Shown here: positions 1-11,201 of the stretch, in pieces
Position numbering within the stretch: position 1 is the stretch's first letter
Layout: each line of letters begins with the position of its first letter
Assembly (NCBI GenBank): GCA_002269645.1
Contig: NIVC01000212.1
Coordinates: 248,001 to 312,000 of the forward strand
Direction of reading: 5' to 3'
Source of the DNA: Macrostomum lignano
Taxonomy: Eukaryota
Length of the DNA: 64,000 bases
Made by a program: the position numbers and the translations under genes
Notes under the pieces: model-generated
Database searches by the model: none
Seen by the model: the letters and a program-made list of their open reading frames with translations, nothing else
Told to the model about the DNA's origin: nothing

Positions 1-153
1 AATGATGCATGTGATCTAATATGTGACAGGTTTTGACACATGATAAGACTCAAAATGTAACACATATGACTCAATATGTGACGCAGAATGAGACATGATA
101 TGTGACATAGGATATAGCACAATACACAACACAAAAGTACGCAATGCACCAAC

Positions 154-1232
154 TCTGATGAGGGCACCAGGCGTTCATAGCGTAGAAATTGTTCTTGTAG
201 TGCACCAGCACCAGATCGTTCGCCGTCTCCTTGGTGTACAGCCGTCTGCAACGGGTCGTTGCCAGCTCCTGGACAGGGCCGACCTTCTGCCAGAGTGTTG
301 AGTCTTCGCCACCTGTTTTTGCGTTTCATAGACAATTTGTTGGGGATTTAATTGTGCTCTCTGCCGGGTCTGTGTAGCATCTGATCTGCTAGGACAGCCA
401 GCTGATCTACTAGAACAGTCAGCTGATCTACTATAACAGTCAGCTGATCTACTAGAACAGTCAGCTGATCTACTAGAACAGCAGCTGATCTACTAGAACA
501 GTAATCTGATCTACTAGAACAGTAATCTGATCTACTAGAACAGTAATCTGATCTACTAGAACAGTAATCTGATCTACTAGAACAGCAGCTGATCTGCTAG
601 GACAGCCAGCTGATCTACTAGAACAGTCAGCTGATCTACTAGAACAGCAGCTGATCTACTAGAACAGTCAGCTGATCTACTAGAACAGTAATTTGATCTA
701 CTAGAACAGTAATCTGATCTACTAGAACAGCAGCTGATCTACTAGAACAGTAATTTGATCTACTAGAACAGTAATCTGATCTACTAGAACAGTAATCTGA
801 TCTACTAGAACAGCAGCTGATCTGCTAGAACAGTAATCTGATCTACTAGAACAGTAATCTGATCTACTAGAACAGCAGCTGATCTACTATAACAGTCAGC
901 TGATCCGCTAGAACAGTCAGCTGATCTACTAGAACAGTAATCTGATCTACTAGAACAGTCAGCTGATCAGCTAGAACAGTCAGCTGATCTACTATAACAG
1001 TCAGCTGATCTACTAGAACAGTCAGCTGATCTACTATAACAGTCAGCTGATCTACTAGAACAGTCAGCTGATCTACTATAACAGTCAGCTGATCTACTAT
1101 AACAGTCAGCTGATCTACTATAACAGTCAGCTGATCTACTAGAACAGTCAGCTGATCTACTAGAACAGTCAGCTGATCTACTAGAATGTTATGCAATACT
1201 ATTTATAACAAAACAGACTCACCAGTAGACAT
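154..1232 (-). CDS. Rieske [2Fe-2S] domain protein (RFESD-like), exons 1-2; gene continues beyond the left edge
   Basis: Exon 1 is 1232-1223 (ATG TCT ACT G|gtgagt). The intron 1222-313 is filled by a 21-bp minisatellite. Exon 2 is 312-154 (aaacag|GT...CAG A|gttggt), with compatible phases. Translation MSTGGEDSTLWQKVGPVQELATTRCRRLYTKETANDLVLVHYKNNFYAMNAWCPHQ ends in the first Rieske CxH motif. Not in the ORF track. Confidence 0.8.
381..1186. repeat. Minisatellite, ~21-bp unit (cagctgatctactagaacagt), intronic in the Rieske gene
   Basis: About 38 tandem units with 20/21-bp variants are directly visible. Confidence 0.95.
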
Positions 1233-1810
1233 TCTTGAGCTCAATCAATAATTGATCGTAGAATAAATTTTTTTTTCAATCAACTATATAAAGCCACGAC
1301 TATTGCAGATTGCGGCAAGATCTATGCACAGCAATGCAATGCGAATAGGGGGGGGGGGCTAAGACTTAAGTAAGTTGCAGTTTGCTCACTGTGTAGGAGC
1401 GTAGGACCAAGTTGAGGTGGGATGGACGGCGCGAGGATGAGAGATAAGGGAGGTGGACGGGATTAGGGCAGTGCGTAGGACAGGACTCGAAAGGGTCTCT
1501 TCCCAGTCGCTTACCCTTTCAACACTCTAGTCAGGATTCGACGCAAGGGGGGGGGATGAGCTCGAAACGGAAACTGGGGAATTTTCGGGAATGAGTGTAC
1601 AGTACGCTGAAGCCCCATCGCCCATAGCAACTGACAGTACAGAATCTTGTCCAATTAGCTATAGCTCATAGGCATTTGTTGCTTGGTCTATCTAGGCTAG
1701 CAGTAGGCTCTAGCCAGACTGATTAGAGTGCAACTTGTGCACAGTTTGTAGCCGAGGTAGCTGAGGTCAGTGGTAAACTGTGAATTGTGAATCGCACGAC
1801 AACCCGCGTA

Positions 1811-1866
1811 CGGAATCGAACCCCTGCACTCTGAGACGCGTTTAACCACTGGCTTACTCAGTCCGC
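1811..1866 (-). mobile_element. tRNA-like Pol III promoter (probable SINE head), degenerate
   Basis: The minus strand reads AAGCCAGTGGTTAA (A-box-like) then GGTTCGATTCC (B-box). The spacing is too short for a full tRNA cloverleaf. Confidence 0.45.
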
Positions 1867-2282
1867 TATTCAGCTGAGAGATGCAGGGCAGAGAAAACTG
1901 TTTGTCTATTCCATCTTGTTTACGCATAGATGCACTATAAAAATGTTTGCTTTTTTATAGCTTAGTCTAAATTAGTCGGTAGCAATTTTTGTCTCAAAGA
2001 AGCACACTTTGCTGTCTAATTTCTGTGCTCTGCACAGTCTCGTATGCCCCGAGCAAGAGTCGGAGATGCGGCAGAGCCTTGGCTGCTGTGCTGAGTTGAG
2101 CTACCAGAACAATAGAAATTTGGATAGGTTTTATGGGGTAACTCGCGACTCGTGCTTTTTATGGCTGTCTTTTTCGATTACATGAATATAAATTAGTCAA
2201 AAAGAGAAAAAACGAGTTACGAAAAAAGCCAAGCACACTCGCGGAATTTGTAATTGTAATTTGTAGAGTTCTGGCCAGAAAA

Positions 2283-5200
2283 ATGTCTGAGAAGCTGCAG
2301 AAAATTCTGGGTAAGTTTATACTCAAACTTTTATTAGGATTTGATCCTATGCACTGCGTGTAGTATGGTTTCTTAATGTACAAGTAGAGGGTCTTAATGA
2401 GTGTCAGTGAGTCTCTGTGAGTCTCTGTGAGTCTCTGTGAGTCTCTGTGAGTCTCTGTGAGTCTCTGTGAGTCTCTGTGAGTATCTGTAAGTCTCTGTGA
2501 GTCTCTGTGAGTCTCTGTGAGTCTCTGTGAGTCTCTGTGAGTCTCTGTGAGTCTCTGTGAGTCTCTGTGAGTCTCTGTGAGTATCTGTAAGTCTCTGTGA
2601 GTCTCTGTGATTCTCAACGATTCTCAGTGAGTCTTAGTTGTTCTCAATGGTTCTCTGTGAATTTTAACGATCATAAATGGTTCTACAATATATAAGAGAT
2701 TCTACGAAGTAAATGATTTTAAATGATTTTTATGGAACTAGTGACCGGCTTCTAGACTGAAACTGAAAATGATCTATTTTTAGAAAATATATTAAACCTT
2801 TTAGATACTCATGAAACTGCACACCTACTAACTGCACTACTCATTGCAAGTAGTACGCTAAAGGAGTACTAGTAGAAAACTTTTTTGAATATTTCAGCCC
2901 ACTCTAAGGATCTAATCAGCTCGCTGCAGGTGCTAATTTACGCCGAGAAGAAGGCCGACTCGAATGTGATCGAGGAAGCAAAGGCGATGATCGAGGAAGC
3001 AAAGGCGAAGGCTGTCGAGAACTTAAAAAACTATGACGCAACCGATGATTTGACCGACGAGAACGGCGACACGCCGCTGATTCTGGCGATCAGTTCGGGT
3101 CATCTGGACTTGGTCGAAACCTTGACGCAGAAGATCGAAGGCAGTCTGGCTGGGTTAGACGCTGACTCTGCCAATAAGCAGTGCAGGAGACTACTGAGCA
3201 GATGCAACAAGCAGAGAGAGAATGCTCTGCTTCGAGCGGCAGGCATGTGCAACGCAAAGTTCTGCCAACAGGAACAAACGACCGAGTGCCTCCTTGAGAG
3301 ACGAACTGAGAAAATATTCCTCCACTTGCTATACTTCCTGCTCGTTAACTGTTCCAAGACTCATTGCGAAGACATTTTAAATCACAAGAGCGAGAACAGA
3401 CAGAATTTACTTCACCTGATGTGTTCAACCGAGTACTGCGAGAAATGTCAGAAATTCTGCTTAGCCGAAACTGCTCTAAAGAGGCTGAGGGATGACAAGA
3501 TTCGAGTGGATGCCCAGCTTGAGGACTTCAAGTACAATACACCGCTCTTCTTGTTAATCAAATCGATTGCTCAACACTGGACATCCGAGACAGCAGAACC
3601 GGACGTTAAAGCTGCCGAGACTATTCTAGATGAACTGCGCTTCTATTGCGAAATGTTTGGTATCAAGTTCCGGTCGCTACTAAAAAACTCATACGGCATG
3701 GACGTTGCTCACATCTGCGCCAGGCTTGGCTGCATCAAGGCTAGTGACAGCCTTTACAATTACCTTGCGCAGTACGCCCAGAGACAAGGCTGCATCCTGG
3801 AGCTGTACAAATACAAGCGGACCACCTTCGCGTCGCAGACAATACTCGGCGGTCCCATCGACGGTCCGGATGCTCCTCGCAGTTCGCGCCAGAGACCGTT
3901 TCCCTACGGCCTGTGGACGGCTTTGCACTTTGCTTGCAAAGGTGGACACGTAGATAGTGTCGCCTACCTGCTGAAAGAGCGGTTCAGCCTGCTAGACTGT
4001 ACCAAGTGAGACTTTTGTTTGATCTACTGATTTTTCAGACCGTGCGAATAAAGTGAGAATTGGCCCAGACTTGGTCGAAGTCTTCAATTTACCACGAATA
4101 AAATAAAATTAATTACAGAGTTTCTATTTGACTTTTTAGGCGTCAGTCTGAATAAATCGTGGTTATGGTTATAGGGTAGAATCTATAGTCATGCGTCCTT
4201 CTCTACCACAGTGTATATACATGAACGTAGCTTGTACTGTCGCAAACTGCAATTTGTGATGCAACTCCTACTAAAAACGTATACACCTACCAATTGTGAA
4301 CAAATCCATCGTTCCTATTATTCTTTGGCCTCTTGCTCAAAGAGTTTTCTTTATTGCAATCAGAAACGCAGAATTTGAGCAGCCGATGCTCTTAGTAAGC
4401 AAATTCTCACTTTATTTACACGGCCTGTAATCGATTTCTTAGCCAATAAAATAATATGCTAACTAAATAATCGGTTATTTTTAGGGACGGCAAGACGTGC
4501 ACTGATCTGGCATTTGAACGACCCCAAAGTCGAGATGCAATCTTGCAAGCCTATAAGCAGATTGGCTCCGCAAACGATGGCTTGGGACCTAACGGTATGT
4601 CGTGGGTGCTAGAGTATGCCAGGAGTGTGGATAGTGTAAAATGTGCTCTGGACTTCTGCGACGGCGACTGCGAAAATCACCAAGACGCTCTCACAGAGCG
4701 GGAGGCTGACGAAGAGCTCCTGGCGGCGTGGCGCCTGTTCAAGAAAAAAGAAGAAACATTTCTAAATCAATGCGACCAGCTGAAAGAGATGACAGTGAAA
4801 GCAGTCATGTAAATGTGCTTTGAAAACGATAGCGCTACTCAGTACAGAGCTCTGCTGCACTCCTCATTGCTGCGCAAGGAGCTGCGTAAGCCGAGTGAAA
4901 ATAGGAAAAGAAATCTGGGAGAGCTATTGTCCGACACTGAAATTGTCGAGTTTTTCTGTGACATTGCCGAGCAAAATATTCACAAAGGCTTTCTAAGACC
5001 ACGGAAAGACCGTTGGCAGATTTTAAAAGGGGACTTATCCATTGTATTAGATCCATGCTGCTCTCCGAATAGAGAATACTGCGACACGCCATTGTTCTCC
5101 TATCTCGACAATGGTAGAATTTTTCAATGCAAACTAGGCAAGCCCACCAAGTATTTTAAAGAGCTGTCGCTGGTTGCCGTAGCCATCAGCACAGGTCGGC

Positions 5201-7318
5201 CCTGCATGGCTAAAGCGCTGCTGATCACCCGTCAGTTTGACATGATCCCAATGTCCCTTGCCGCCATTGTTCGCTGCAATCGTATGATAGAACAGGAGAG
5301 CCTCATTAATTACTACCCGATACGGGAATACCAATGCCGAGTTGAAGGGCATTAAGGCGTTTGCATCGAAGATCGCCCTAAATGCCATCGATGCCCTGAT
5401 CCGTGGCTCCACTGACAGCGAAGCGGACTTAGTCTTTACGTACATGCTTGGCAAGATGATTGGCGTCGACAGTACCGGAACTAGTGGACGGCTGCCAAGC
5501 TCAAGACATCTGATACCTAAAAGTACGACTAAGCAAAGTGCGAGGAAAAACGATTCGAGGTGGCGAAAGTTTTCCACACTCGAGCTGATCAGGAAGTCCG
5601 AAAGGGAGAGTCTGTACGGAGCAGAATGCATCCAGGAACTGGTGCAAAAGATCTGGCGTCAGCGACCGCAATACTCGAGCGCCAAGAAAGCCGATATTTT
5701 CGAAGAAAAGCTTGATTATCTTCGTTCAAATTCTTCACCGGATTCCGCAAGCGAAAGTGACAAAGGGTGTGGCATGAACTTCCTGAGATACGTCACCTGC
5801 CCGAAGCGTACCCTGTTGTGCTACGCCACGACCACCCTTCTCTACATATCACTGCTCATAGCTTCTCTTGTAATGCCATCGGTCAACTGGAGCTCGTTAG
5901 ACTTTATTCTTGTGGTTTACCTGATCTCGTTCATTCTACAGGAATTTCACGAATGGCGAATCCGATACACAACACCTGGAGAAGGGCACAGATCGTACTT
6001 TTTTGATGCCTGGAATATTTACGATCAGCTGAATATCATCTTCTTGCTCGCAGCCTTTTTTGTAAAGTTTTTTAGTGGCCGCGAGAGAGGCACCATGTAT
6101 GACGACGATGCGACAATAGTCGGCAATCAGTCCGGCATCTACGGTCACTTCCTCTTCAAGATGCTCATGTCAGTCGCGCTCCTGTTGGCCAGTGCCAAAT
6201 TTATGAAAACTCTGCGCTACTCGCGTCCAATAGGCACCAACGTGGTCATTATGCCTCAGATTTTCTATCGCGACTTGCTGCCGTTTGTCATCATACTGAC
6301 CATACTAATCCTCTCTTTTGGCGCAGTCTTCATAGCCACCTTGACAGTCGGTCAGTACAGCTTTGAAGACGCATTCGGTGGCAAAACGAAGCACAGAAGC
6401 TTGGAGACATTGTTTGAAATTTACACGAGGCCGCTGCTGACAGCATTTGGTGAGCTACAGCTGGAGAAGCTGTACGAATGCGAGCCAAAGGACGGTGAAC
6501 GAACCATTGACGGCTGCTACTATCCACTCGGCATAACAATCTTTGCTAGATACCTGCTGCCGGTTTTCTTACTCATAGTTAATCTCGTCATGTTCAACAT
6601 GCTGATTGCCAAGTTCAGCAACTCGGTCAGCCGATTCGAGCGCCGCTCGCAGCTGATTTGGCTGGCCATGCGGCACGAACTGCTGCTCGACTTCTGCCGC
6701 CTCAATCCATTGCCTCCACCGTTCAACATCCTTGGCATCATTTCAAATTTATACTTTTACTTTTCGCGTCATTTTGAAGCAAAACGGATAAAGCCACTTG
6801 TGTTAGACGTGGATCACCAGTACAATAGCTGCTCTGCCTGCAAGCACTGCAGACAGAACAAGGAGACTCAAAAGGAGGCCAAAGACCACGTGAAATGCTT
6901 TGATATTAACAGATGCTCGAAGTGGAATCCAGCTGAGGATCCCAAAAGAAGCTGCTCTTCATGCCAGCTGTGCCGCAATGTCCAGGTATCGCGAAGCCTG
7001 GGCAAGGATCACGAAGATTTTCTAATTAGACAGGCGAATCAGTTTCGACAGAAGCGCCATCTGATCCGCAGCCAGAGAGTCGAGACAATCGAAGACGACA
7101 TCGAGGAGGAGCTGCTCGGCAGCGCCAGCCTCGTCAACTCCGAGATCGCCGGCATCCGGTTTGACAGTTCGGCTCGAAACAGCGCCTCGGAGAAGATGGA
7201 CGCCGCCCAGAGGAAGCTGAGCAAAGTGCTTCGCTGGGCCAGACGCAGCATGCGACAGCGGAATGGGGATCCGGGTTCCACAGGCGCGAATCATGACGAG
7301 TCGCAGCGGGGTGACTAG
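2283..7318 (+). CDS. TRP-family cation channel with N-terminal ankyrin repeats and a TRPM/TRPC-like 6-TM module; reading frame disrupted twice in this sequence (possible pseudogene or assembly errors)
   Basis: Exon 1 2283-2310 (MSEKLQKIL G|gtaagt); exon 2 2898-4005 (tttcag|...ACC AA|gtgaga); exon 3 from 4485 (branch tgctaac, ttttag|G GAC GGC AAG ACG). All phases are compatible. Ankyrin motifs: GDTPLILAISSGHLDLV, WTALHFACKGGHVDSVAYLL, KDGKTCTDLA. TM module: YFFDAWNIYD, AFGELQLE pore, NLVMFNMLIAKF, TRP box WLAMRHELL, LPPPFNIL. In-frame TAA at 4810-4812 and a +1 frame change between 5291 and 5355. Confidence 0.85.
2407..2615. repeat. 10-bp tandem repeat (gagtctctgt)n in TRP intron 1
   Basis: About 20 near-perfect units are directly visible. 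Confidence 0.95.
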
Positions 7319-7463
7319 CTAAAACTGTGCACTTGACTGAACATACTTCAGTAGACTTTTTTATTTATTTTTCAAAAGGCTACAATTATGCTTCCTACCA
7401 AGCGTATCGGTCAAGGTCTAGCAAAATTTAGATGACGAACAGACCTTTCGACTTCCTAAAAAC

Positions 7464-7469
7464 AATAAA
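7464..7469 (+). terminator. Candidate polyadenylation signal of the TRP gene
   Basis: AATAAA about 145 nt downstream of the TAG at 7316-7318; motif only. Confidence 0.35.
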
Positions 7470-8901
7470 GCTGATAGACTCGCATTAGGATGGGGAGTAG
7501 ATACATGTACTGCCTACGTCTCAACTAGTGCTTAGCAGAAATAGGGGACCCATCTAGGAAGGTCAAAGTGTTCTTCGCAAGTTCGCAACCGAAAGTTACA
7601 AAAATCGACGCTAATTTGGCGTTAAACTCTAGCGTTCAGTGCTTATGATCAGGGACTATTTCCCCCTGTTGTGTGCATGGTGCCTGCGATAGACTGATAT
7701 AGAATTCAATACATATTGGGATAGCTGCCGCTGTTTTGTCATTCGCTTAAATTAGATCTAGGAATGAAATCAAAGCAAATGAAATAGAGTCATGGTTTCA
7801 TTCGATATGTTTACGCTACATTAAAAATCTTAAATAATTTTTTGCTTTGTTTTGTACTATCAAATTTTGTTAGATTTTTTGCCAGTATTTATGAAAATAA
7901 TTTATTCATTTGTTTAGTTTTCAGTAACTGTACTTTTATTTTTTTGTTTATCTGCGATGCTTTTTCTATATTTTGATTAGCTAACATGAGAGTTAGTGTG
8001 ATTTCAGAATAAATAATGTTAAACTAATCTAAAAACTATTTTAAGATTTTTATCGTCATTAATTTTAACTTCTTTACTTTTCATACTTTCTATCTAAGCT
8101 TAGTTGATTTCTTACTATGAAATATTCAACTGCGATCGTATATATTCAACTTTCGATTATCACTAATCATCACGAAGCCTGCGAAAGCTAACTGGTAAAG
8201 TTTTCAATATTTTCAATTTTGCGATAAAGTGAACCAAATCAATATTCTTTTTTATACTCTCGAGTACGCACTACGCTCGTAATTTTTTTACTAATACTGA
8301 CTGTGATCTGTACGTTGATCAGCCATTATAGTGATAAACCCAATTTATTTAGTATTTTAACATTTGCCTCCAGAAATAAACTGCTAACATATATCACCCA
8401 ATCATATATTGCTGTTTATTTGTATTTTTAAGAAAGCTATTACCCATTAAAATATCAATGAGAGATTAAGCGGACTTTTCTAATAATATTTTGTCATTCT
8501 AAATCTGTCCAAAGTCCTTTCACAGCACATCCCAAAACAAGTGAGTGAAAATTCAAAAGCCACATTCATTTGGGGCTTTTGGTACATTAAAATTGGCCGG
8601 TGGGTTGTCGTGTGATTCTCCCCCATGAGGGCCAAACCCCTAAGGCATAGAGATTGTACATGCCTGGCGATTAGAAAGTCTTTGTTTCGTTAATTATTCG
8701 CACTGGCAGGCGACGGTTCCGGATGGCCGTACAGAATTCTGGACATTTGGTTTTCATGTGAGCTCACGTCAATACGTCAATATAGGCCCTATCTGCTCTT
8801 TCACTTATCCGACCGGTCTTTGTACTAGCAATCTCTTTGCTGGTCCCTCCGTCGACTAGCCTTGTTTTGCATGTTCGTTGCAAACTACGACCTACGACCA
8901 G

Positions 8902-9106
8902 CGTCAATGGTGGCAGGGCCTACTTTATTGGCGGTTACAGGACAGGCACCTTCTACTCCGGCACCTGGTACTGGCAGGCCTGCGGCGTCCCCTTCATGCC
9001 GGAGCTGTGGAAGGCCGGGCAGCCGAATAGCGGCGACGACTACAACAAAGCCGACATGTGGACCGACTTTACGGACTCTATGGACGACTCTACAGACTCT
9101 TATCCA
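8902..9106 (+). CDS. C-type lectin-like domain exon (partial gene; upstream exons unresolved)
   Basis: Translation YFIGGYRTGTFYSGTWYWQACGVPFMPELWKAGQPNSGDDYNKADMWTDFTDSMDDSTDSYP follows the CTLD pattern (xIG...WxW..G.P...W..GQPN...xDD). It runs directly into the 11-bp array. The 5' boundary is a guess from a cag acceptor at 8899-8901. Confidence 0.6.
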
Positions 9107-10415
9107 GGAACCGGATGGGAACCGGATGGGAACCGGATGGGAACCGGATGGGAACCGGATGGGAACCGGATGGGAACCGGATGGGAACCGGATGGGAACC
9201 GGATGGGAACCGGATGGGAACCGGATGGGAACCGGATGGGAACCGGATGGGAACCGGATGGGAACCGGATGGGAACCGGATGGGAACCGGATGGGAACCG
9301 GATGGGAACCGGATGGGAACCGGATGGGAACCGGATGGGAACCGGATGGGAACCGGATGGGAACCGGATGGGAACCGGATGGGAACCGGATGGGAACCGG
9401 ATGGGAACCGGATGGGAACCGGATGGGAACCGGATGGGAACCGGATGGGAACCGGATGGGAACCGGATGGGAACCGGATGGGAACCGGATGGGAACCGGA
9501 TGGGAACCGGATGGGAACCGGATGGGAACCGGATGGGAACCGGATGGGAACCGGATGGGAACCGGATGGGAACCGGATGGGAACCGGATGGGAACCGGAT
9601 GGGAACCGGATGGGAACCGGATGGGAACCGGATGGGAACCGGATGGGAACCGGATGGGAACCGGATGGGAACCGGATGGGAACCGGATGGGAACCGGATG
9701 GGAACCGGATGGGAACCGGATGGGAACCGGATGGGAACCGGATGGGAACCGGATGGGAACCGGATGGGAACCGGATGGGAACCGGATGGGAACCGGATGG
9801 GAACCGGATGGGAACCGGATGGGAACCGGATGGGAACCGGATGGGAACCGGATGGGAACCGGATGGGAACCGGATGGGAACCGGATGGGAACCGGATGGG
9901 AACCGGATGGGAACCGGATGGGAACCGGATGGGAACCGGATGGGAACCGGATGGGAACCGGATGGGAACCGGATGGGAACCGGATGGGAACCGGATGGGA
10001 ACCGGATGGGAACCGGATGGGAACCGGATGGGAACCGGATGGGAACCGGATGGGAACCGGATGGGAACCGGATGGGAACCGGATGGGAACCGGATGGGAA
10101 CCGGATGGGAACCGGATGGGAACCGGATGGGAACCGGATGGGAACCGGATGGGAACCGGATGGGAACCGGATGGGAACCGGATGGGAACCGGATGGGAAC
10201 CGGATGGGAACCGGATGGGAACCGGATGGGAACCGGATGGGAACCGGATGGGAACCGGATGGGAACCGGATGGGAACCGGATGGGAACCGGATGGGAACC
10301 GGATGGGAACCGGATGGGAACCGGATGGGAACCGGATGGGAACCGGATGGGAACCGGATGGGAACCGGATGGGAACCGGATGGGAACCGGATGGGAACCG
10401 GATGGGAACCGGATG
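9107..10415. repeat. Perfect 11-bp tandem array (ggaaccggatg) x119
   Basis: 1309 bp = 119 x 11. I saw no variant unit. All three plus-strand frames are open across it. Confidence 0.97.
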
Positions 10416-10914
10416 CTATTATGTGGCTCATTATATCATATACATAAACTTCATTTAATTCATCATAGTCTACATAGTCTATGGTGTATATCTGTCGCAT
10501 CGATAGTGTAAATATAACGTTATATGCTTTCTAGAGCACACATAGCGTTAAATGTGGTTCGCCATTGACAATTCCGATCAGAAAAACTAGTCTAGAAAAA
10601 AGGATTTGCTCTCCGGTTAGCTTTTCGTGTGAGCATAGCCTGATAAACTTGTCAATCAACCTGGGGAACAAACGCATAGTTGCTGTATTTTAAGGTGCAA
10701 AATATGGTTTGTGTGTTTAACAAATCGTAAAAACAAATAAACATTGGTTGACTTTAAAATAAAACAGTTTACTAAGGAAGGCAATGTTTTTTTAAGGCAA
10801 TTCAAAACGATTATTGCCATGAAACTCAATTTAGCACAGCATGCAATTTGAACTACTGCAAGTAGAGGAAAAAGGATGCGTCAGACGCACACAAACGCTT
10901 TAAAGACGGTTTAC

Positions 10915-11185
10915 TAAGTCACGTGGCCCCATGCCGCGTGTTTGGTCCCCTTCTCTTATCAGCAGGCCGCTCCCTCTCGCCACCAATTCGCGACAGCCAA
11001 TGGGCGCGTGCCGCCCCGCCTGGGGCAAGCCCTCCCAACTGGGCCGGACCCTCCCCCACCCAACTCCCCGCGGGGCGTCATCTTGGGTTGGCCTACAAAA
11101 AGGCCGCCACTGCCCCGCCCAAGAAAGCCGTGACCCCTTGCCGGCAAAATCGCACCGAATTGACCCTGCAAGCCTTACAATAAGA
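10915..11185 (+). promoter_or_regulatory. GC-rich proximal promoter of the CKI-like gene
   Basis: CpG-rich island with an E-box (gtcacgtgg ~10919), CCAAT motifs (~10983, ~10997), a GC box (ccgccccgcc 11011-11020) and a TATA-like tacaaaaa (~11094), just upstream of ATG 11202. Confidence 0.5.
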
Positions 11186-11201
11186 TCCGGTAGCCTAAGC
11201 C

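Noticed and set aside
867-1196. ORF (VDQLTVL)n and similar repeat ORFs at 2159, 14418, 19248, 24917, 31129-31905, 55753-56805, 57936-58816 and 62529-63273
   Set aside because: They are translations of tandem arrays that happen to lack stops; several lie inside introns of real genes.
5282-5356. Small intron explaining the TRP frameshift
   Set aside because: The gtatga donor at 5282 is phase 1, but the downstream AGs (5341, 5347, 5356) resume in phase 0, and the nearest (5295) gives only 14 nt.
3100-7294. Short antisense or overlapping ORFs within the TRP gene, and similar ones in the CKI, BDP1, CZIB, SPATA2-like and lectin genes
   Set aside because: Shadow ORFs of GC-rich coding exons with no recognisable motifs.
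9058-10500. Alternative-frame and antisense ORFs across the 11-bp array
   Set aside because: Automatic consequence of an 11-nt stop-free unit; only the frame carrying the lectin motif has independent support.
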